Shown: piece after piece, positions 58,134-64,000 of the stretch | How the letters are laid out: each line of letters begins with the position of its first letter | Position numbering within the stretch: the first letter of the stretch is position 1 | Virus record (IMG/VR): IMGVR_UViG_3300035492_000103 | Location: 10,019-74,018 of that record | Length of the DNA: 64,000 nt | Reading direction: 5' to 3' (one strand) | From: a virus | Position numbers and translations under genes: made by a program | The notes under the pieces: generated by a model | Databases searched by the model: none | What the model was told of the DNA's origin: nothing | What the model saw: the letters and a program-made list of their open reading frames with translations, nothing else

Positions 58134-59837
58134 CTACAGTTTTTCTGTAAAACCATCCTTTAGGATAAATTTAATTTCTGACCTGAACAAATCTGCAAAT
58201 TCATCAGCACGCTGTGTGATAACAAACAGATTCTTGTGACCAAATTTCTCTCTGAACAACTTAACAACCAACTGAACACCCACAGAGTCAAGGTTTTCGA
58301 GGATTTCATCTATGCAAATTATATTTGTCACCACTGAATTTTTCAGAGATGCAACTTCTAACAAAGCAAGATAAACTGCAAGTGATACTCTTGTTTTCTG
58401 ACCGGTTGATAAATTGTCATAAACAAATCCTTCTCGGTTAACAGCTTTAATAGAGTCATTGAAATTTTCATCTAGTTGAATATTCAGATAAAATTCCATT
58501 GTTGCCAAGTATTCATTTACACGTTGGTTGATGAACTGAATATAATCACGTACAATAGATACTTTTATACCATCATCTTTTAGTATTGATTTCACTTTAT
58601 CATAGACTTCTTTTGTCTTCATTAGACTTTCTAATAAATCTGACCTATCTTTGAACTCTTCTTGATATTGCTCCAGTTCAGTTTCATAATCACCAACTTT
58701 AGATTCACGAGTCAATAAATCCAATTCACGTTCTTTGGCAGAAATGTCTCTGTCAATTCTTGAAATTGTATTCATATGAACCCGGATATCATTTTTAATC
58801 TCTTGGATTTTATTAACAGTTTGTTTTAAATCATTTAACTCTGCAATAACTTTAGAATATTCTACAGATAACAGTTTAGCATGACCAGCAATATCACCTA
58901 TTTTTGTATTGCACTCATGTGATTTTTCTTGTTTAAGAGTTTCTTCAATTTCTTGGCCGCATGTTGGACAATTATCATGTCTTGTGAAAAACTCTAGTGT
59001 CTTTTTAATTGAATCGCTGTTTGCTACAAATTTGGCACTAATTTGTTCAAATTCACGTTTCCTTTTTTCTGTAGCAGATACTTCATTTGAAACATCACCT
59101 AGGTTATCTAATTCCTTATTCAGAGTTTCTAGGAGTGATTCTGCTTCACTTTTGTCTGTTTGTAGTAGGGAGATATTGGTTTTAATTGATTCCACTTGTG
59201 CATCGACATTGGAGTTAGCCTCTGCAATCAGGCGTTGTTGACCAACAATCTTTGTTTCAATCTTTGCACGTTCATACTTCAAATCTTCAATATCATTATT
59301 CAGAGTAGATGTACGCAATTTTAATTCATCTGACATATATGAGAATACTGCAATATCCAGAATATCCTCAACAATTTTTCTCCGATCTGCAGCACCAAGT
59401 TCCATGAATGGAACATATTTTTCTTTGTTCAATACAACAATCTGAGTGAACAGTTTGTAATCCATTCCTAATACATATTCAATCTTTGCTTGATAATCAC
59501 GAGCATTTGCAGATTGGTCAACAAGTTGATCATTTACCCAAAATTCTAATACAGATGGTTTTTGACCTCGTATGACTTTGTACGTGATACCTTGTTTCTT
59601 GAATACAACTTCTACCAATAAATTTTTCTTGTTTATTGTATTGATTAGGCCACCTATTGTAACCTTCTTTAAAGGTTTGCCGAATAGACCATAAGTCAAT
59701 GCTTCCAAAACTTGAGATTTACCAGATCCATTTTGACCTGAAATCATAGTGGATTGTGATCTGTTAAGGTCAATTTGAATTGGTTGATTTCCAGCAGATT
59801 GGAAATTCTTGTAATTTACATATTGGAATTCAATCAT
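58134..59837 (-). CDS. 46: Recombination ATPase gp46 (Rad50/SbcC-like)
   Basis: GQNGSGKS, CPTCGQ hook, LSTGQK signature, DEILE. Confidence 0.95.
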   Translation of the reverse strand: MIEFQYVNYKNFQSAGNQPIQIDLNRSQSTMISGQNGSGKSQVLEALTYGLFGKPLKKVTIGGLINTINKKNLLVEVVFKKQGITYKVIRGQKPSVLEFWVNDQLVDQSANARDYQAKIEYVLGMDYKLFTQIVVLNKEKYVPFMELGAADRRKIVEDILDIAVFSYMSDELKLRTSTLNNDIEDLKYERAKIETKIVGQQRLIAEANSNVDAQVESIKTNISLLQTDKSEAESLLETLNKELDNLGDVSNEVSATEKRKREFEQISAKFVANSDSIKKTLEFFTRHDNCPTCGQEIEETLKQEKSHECNTKIGDIAGHAKLLSVEYSKVIAELNDLKQTVNKIQEIKNDIRVHMNTISRIDRDISAKERELDLLTRESKVGDYETELEQYQEEFKDRSDLLESLMKTKEVYDKVKSILKDDGIKVSIVRDYIQFINQRVNEYLATMEFYLNIQLDENFNDSIKAVNREGFVYDNLSTGQKTRVSLAVYLALLEVASLKNSVVTNIICIDEILENLDSVGVQLVVKLFREKFGHKNLFVITQRADEFADLFRSEIKFILKDGFTEKL

Positions 59838-60213
59838 ATTTCACCTTATCTGCTTTATTAATAGCATCTTCCATAGTTTCTATTGTGTTTGGTACATTAA
59901 CATCATTAAGTAAAAACATGTGAACACCTAATTCACAAGCAAGTTTTAAATTTAATACTATATCATATAATTCTGAATATGAAGGCATGTCTTTAACTCG
60001 TTCATATAATTGACGTAATGCAATACTTCTGTTTTTGTATTGATTTCTTTCAGAATCGACAATAACAGATACACCTGTACCTATATGAGTTATTTGCACA
60101 CCAACTTCCGTTCTAAAAATAGACATACCACCTTTTTCACCAACCCTAGGATATGTAGAAACTATTATTTTTCCAAGTTTTTCTGCAATTTCATCATCTG
60201 TCATTTTATTCAC
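59830..60213 (-). CDS. RF-1 peptidyl-tRNA-hydrolase-like domain protein
   Basis: GGMS...VQITHIGTGVSV..DSERNQYKNRSIAL; GGQ replaced by GGM. Confidence 0.65.
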   Translation of the reverse strand: MNKMTDDEIAEKLGKIIVSTYPRVGEKGGMSIFRTEVGVQITHIGTGVSVIVDSERNQYKNRSIALRQLYERVKDMPSYSELYDIVLNLKLACELGVHMFLLNDVNVPNTIETMEDAINKADKVKYD

Positions 60214-61285
60214 CCTTAGCCATATTTTTCATAGCTGATTCATACAAATCTTGTACAAGTGTTTTAATCTCTGTGGTATTCAAATCTTGCCTTTCTTCAA
60301 TATAAGAAGTGATGTAATCTGCAGTTGATTTTGCAGTTTTTGATTCAACTTGTTCCTCTGTCTCTGATTCACCATTCACCAGGCTATCATTTATTACCTG
60401 TAAATCATGTGGTTTTGACCGATTAATTTTTGTAATCGTGTCCATTAAAGCAACTTTACTATAATCACCAGTAACAGTCAACCGAACAAACATACCTTCA
60501 AAAAGGTCAGAATATTCTTTATCTGACATCTTTGAGAAAACATCTTCCTCAAATGTGACATGTGTGAATAGACAATGTTCGTTTGGTACAAATTCTAATA
60601 GAGTTCCATCATAAAAATGGAACCCCCTATCATCATTATAATCTTGCCAGTTTAGATGGAATGCAGAACCCATATATCTTGCATTACCAATTTTTGACTT
60701 ATGATGGAAGTGACCCGACCAAAGTTCTTTAAAATCTTTGAATAAAGATGCATCTAATCCGTGTGTAGCAGGAATTGAATTTTTATAATGTAAAAATCCA
60801 GACAGTTCAAAATGTCCAGCTACAATCACATCACCTTTATCCGGAGTATTGGAAATTTTTGACATCGTGTCTTGGTAATTTTCTGCATTAATCCATGGGA
60901 CTAGCAGATATCTGTTACCGTCAAATAAGTATTCATTGGCTTCTTCAATAACTGTTACATTATTAGGTGCAGCTGCTTTTAAGATTGACAGAGAGTGAAT
61001 TCTGTTGGTATTTTTAAATGCTACATCGTGATTACCTAATGTGACATAAAACTGAATACCATCATCGACCAATCTTTTGGCAAACCAGTTCACAACAAAA
61101 TCAATATCTTGAACTGATATTGTAGTTCTATTATCGAAGAAATCACCTAAGTGTAAAATGGTTTTGCAATCTTGTTCCATTAACTTTGGAAAGAAAACAG
61201 TATCATACCAAAACTTCATGTAATCACGAAAAATTGATGAACTTGACCTTGCTCCAACATGTGTATCTGTAATTATTGCTAGCAT
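60206..61285 (-). CDS. 47: Recombination nuclease gp47 (Mre11/SbcD-like)
   Basis: TDTHVG, LGDFFD.R, GNHD, GHFE, SGHFH. Confidence 0.95.
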   Translation of the reverse strand: MLAIITDTHVGARSSSSIFRDYMKFWYDTVFFPKLMEQDCKTILHLGDFFDNRTTISVQDIDFVVNWFAKRLVDDGIQFYVTLGNHDVAFKNTNRIHSLSILKAAAPNNVTVIEEANEYLFDGNRYLLVPWINAENYQDTMSKISNTPDKGDVIVAGHFELSGFLHYKNSIPATHGLDASLFKDFKELWSGHFHHKSKIGNARYMGSAFHLNWQDYNDDRGFHFYDGTLLEFVPNEHCLFTHVTFEEDVFSKMSDKEYSDLFEGMFVRLTVTGDYSKVALMDTITKINRSKPHDLQVINDSLVNGESETEEQVESKTAKSTADYITSYIEERQDLNTTEIKTLVQDLYESAMKNMAKGE

Positions 61286-61774
61286 TTGTAAAATTCCTTA
61301 ATTGATTCAAAGGACACAGGTGAATATTTGTGATGTTCAGGACAAACTGGAAAATATCTCTTATCTGGACTACCGTCACCCAACAAAATTCTTTGGTTAT
61401 GAGTATGACCATGAATATTTGGTTTATTGTATAATTCTTGTTGGTGGATAGGATGGTGAGATAACCAAAAACCTTTATATTTCATTGGACCAACAATATC
61501 ATCAAAAACAGTTAACAACTCACTAGCTTTGAGGTAATCATGATTACCAAGAATCAGAATCTTTGAACCCTTCAAATACTTAAGTTTTTCCAGACCTTCG
61601 GTTGTAAAAAACCATATCACCTAAAAAGTAAACAATGTCACGTTTTGAAATTAATGATTGGTAATTCTCTATAAGAGTAGCATCGTGCTCATCTGTTGAT
61701 TGGAATCCATCTCTGTATTTCAGAATGTTTTTGTGGCCAATGTGCCAATCTGACGTAAACCATACATTACTCAT
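61279..61774 (-). pseudogene. Metallophosphoesterase with apparent 1-nt frameshift
   Basis: SDWHIGH...LGD in one frame, GNHD...HHP...HGHTH in the other; A6 run at 61606-11. Confidence 0.8.
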
Positions 61775-61794
61775 TATTATTCTCCATGATAAAA

Positions 61795-62442
61795 TTAATC
61801 ACTATCAGATAGGAATTCTAACAGACCGTCTGTAGATTTGTCTACCTGTTTTTTCACATCTTGTTTTTCTTCATATTCTGCAATATATTCTAGGTAACCT
61901 TGATACATTTCAGATGCTTCATTGAAATTTTCAACTCCTAAATCCTCTACATTTTCATCAGAGAATGCTTGGAATCCACCCATATTGTCAAATGACTTAT
62001 ATTTGGTATAAATTTCTTTTTTCTCACGTTTAATTCTTTGAATCAAAGCATTTGTAACAAGCTGTGTGATATATGCGAAAGGATTGTTATATTTTTCTGG
62101 ATTATAGTTATGAGCATACTTCACACAACATTCTATAGCATCACCAATCATTTCTTCTTTCCAGTTTGAAGTATATCCTATAAACTGTCTGGAATATGTT
62201 CTTCGTGTTGCTATATCAAGAATTGCTTGACCTATTTTATGAGTTAAAGGTGGATTACCTGGTTTACCGTCAGCAATCCATTGTTTCTTTAATTCATAAT
62301 ATTTTACAAACTCTGCTTGTAATTCTTTATTGTTAACATATTCTGTTTTTCTTGGTTGAAATACCTGTTCTGGTTGTTCTTCCAATTCAAACTCTAAACT
62401 GTCTATTTCAAGATCCGTAATATTTTTGGTTATCTGATTCAT
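61795..62442 (-). CDS. 55: Late-transcription sigma factor gp55
   Basis: EYVNNKEL, F.GY...WKEEMIGDAIE, NPFAYITQ. Confidence 0.93.
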   Translation of the reverse strand: MNQITKNITDLEIDSLEFELEEQPEQVFQPRKTEYVNNKELQAEFVKYYELKKQWIADGKPGNPPLTHKIGQAILDIATRRTYSRQFIGYTSNWKEEMIGDAIECCVKYAHNYNPEKYNNPFAYITQLVTNALIQRIKREKKEIYTKYKSFDNMGGFQAFSDENVEDLGVENFNEASEMYQGYLEYIAEYEEKQDVKKQVDKSTDGLLEFLSDSD

Positions 62443-62915
62443 CTTCTATATACCTGCAATGGAATGTTGGTCAATTTATCAACCTGTTCGTTCAAGTCAA
62501 TACCAGCATGACCCTTGACCCAGTGCATATTAATTTGCTTAAAATCAAGATATAATGAATGAATCTGTTTCCATAGATCCAAATTTTGCTTATCCACATT
62601 CCACGATTTCTTAGCCCAACCGTGCATCCAAGTTTTAATGGTATTTACACAATATTGAGAATCAGAATAGATGTCAAGAGTTATTTTTTTGGTGATTTGA
62701 TTATTAGAATTGCATAGATCATATTTAACACATTCTAATAATTTAAGAATGGCCATGATTTCTGACACTTGAGAAGTTTGTTTATGGTGATCAGTTAAAG
62801 CATATCTTTCTATTCTGTAATCTGTTTTTTGATTTAACAGAATAAAAGCCCATGAACCAATAGATTCATGATAACTAAATCCCCCGTCTGTCCAAGCTAC
62901 TAAATTCATAATCAA
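62439..62915 (-). CDS. RNase H (RnhA type)
   Basis: WTDGG, E..A, SDSQYCVN, NLDLW, WVKGHAG...NE.VD. Confidence 0.92.
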   Translation of the reverse strand: MIMNLVAWTDGGFSYHESIGSWAFILLNQKTDYRIERYALTDHHKQTSQVSEIMAILKLLECVKYDLCNSNNQITKKITLDIYSDSQYCVNTIKTWMHGWAKKSWNVDKQNLDLWKQIHSLYLDFKQINMHWVKGHAGIDLNEQVDKLTNIPLQVYRR

Positions 62916-62990
62916 GTCATATCATTAAATGCCAATATGACTTAATTTTAATCTATTAATAAATTTTTGTCAACACTTTAATGAACGTAT

Positions 62991-63107
62991 TTATGCATCA
63001 TTTAGTGTCCTAAATATATTAAAAATCCAAGTACAGAATTTCACTTAAAACAATTTCACTGGCAAACGGCTTGGCGCCAGTATACCAACCCTGGCAGAGT
63101 TGTCAAC
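62991..63107 (-). repeat. Promoter-leader cassette, copy 2
   Basis: Near-identical to 18955-19072 including ATGATGCATAAA. Confidence 0.9.
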
Positions 63108-63130
63108 ACTTTTTTGCAATTTTTGTGAAA

Positions 63131-64000
63131 TTATTTTTCTGTAAGATTCACTGTCAAGAATTTGACTGGGTGTTGCTCTTTTGAATAATGTTTAATCCTT
63201 TCTTCCACGTGTTTCAGAGTGAAATTAGGAATACCATTATAGTCCAGTTTATCTACCAAATCTATCATTGTGGCAGTAGTCTTGGTTTCATGCAGACGCA
63301 TTAGGCGTCCAATGGTCTGTAAAATCCTGATTTTAGATTTACTTGAACTAGCTAGAACAATATTATGCAAATTTTTAATATTCACACCTGTTGACATAAT
63401 CTGACTTGTTGCATAGACAATCGCATTATTAAATGTTTCAAGATTTAATCTGATTTCTTCACGTTCCTCACCATAAACTCCACCTATAATCAGAAATGTG
63501 TTTTCATGTTTTGATTTCATATCTTCATAAAGCGGAACTCCGTAATCGTCTACACGATCAAATAATACTATCGTATTACCCTTAAGAGTTCTAACAATAC
63601 CTTGGATAAAATCAAACCTCGATTTCAGATTATTGATGAAATTGACTTCAGATTGGTATTTTAATTGTGACCTATGAGGTGGTACATTACATTGGTCATT
63701 GTGGTATGCTTTCTTTGTTTCTGAATCATAGTCAAGAATAATACATTTAACATTAACCTTGGTTGCTCTACCTGCATCAATGATTTCCTTAGCAGAAACA
63801 ATTTTAACCGCTGGTCCCATTAATCCTTGTGCTGCTAACTCATTACATTCAAAACCATCCAGAGTACCGGTTAATCCATGTCTAATTGGACAGTTAACTG
63901 CCATTTCCATTAGATTCGTTAAAACAGAACCATTTACTGTGTGAACTTCATCTACAAATATTGCACCGGCATCAGTTACAACAGTTGGGCTCATATTTTT
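63131..64000 (-). CDS. uvsW: UvsW helicase (C-terminal part; begins beyond window)
   Basis: VDEVH, GLTGT, STGVNIKNLHN, QTIGR..R. Confidence 0.9.
   Translation of the reverse strand, partial: KNMSPTVVTDAGAIFVDEVHTVNGSVLTNLMEMAVNCPIRHGLTGTLDGFECNELAAQGLMGPAVKIVSAKEIIDAGRATKVNVKCIILDYDSETKKAYHNDQCNVPPHRSQLKYQSEVNFINNLKSRFDFIQGIVRTLKGNTIVLFDRVDDYGVPLYEDMKSKHENTFLIIGGVYGEEREEIRLNLETFNNAIVYATSQIMSTGVNIKNLHNIVLASSSKSKIRILQTIGRLMRLHETKTTATMIDLVDKLDYNGIPNFTLKHVEERIKHYSKEQHPVKFLTVNLTEK

Noticed and set aside
49-63944. Short antisense or alternate-frame ORFs inside long genes (e.g. 552, 952, 3969, 7334, 33221, 58909, 63759)
   Set aside because: Shadows of well-supported genes.

Overview
AT-rich window of a large T4-related (Tevenvirinae-like but divergent) myophage genome. 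Most genes are on the minus strand: replication, recombination and nucleotide metabolism (gp61, gp52, fused gp39/60, gp41, UvsX, gp1, gp43, DexA, gp46/47, gp55, RNase H, UvsW, ThyX, dCMP deaminase, Dam). Plus-strand genes are mainly virion genes (gp29; gp4-48-53-27-5-25-6-7, tail fibre). The accessory core (about 34.8-43.1 kb) is an RNA-rich island. It holds 13 canonical tRNAs, one topologically atypical tRNA-Arg, and one tRNA split by an endonuclease ORF. It also holds a TROVE/Ro60-like (DUF2828-type) vWA gene accompanied by six non-identical small RNA genes sharing one architecture: a covarying terminal helix, a conserved A.G mismatch, U-R-C-R-G-C-A-W and an A-tract. Three of the six carry a circularly permuted tRNA domain like bacterial YrlA Y RNAs. 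This looks like a phage Ro60-like/Y-RNA system with an expanded RNA family and a non-canonical binding motif. Other leads are a possible DNA-glycosylation set (GREB1/TAGT-like and GT4 glycosyltransferases, cytidylyltransferase), hairpin-embedded early promoter cassettes and a duplicated promoter-leader. All calls come from manual motif reading; no searches or folding programs were run.
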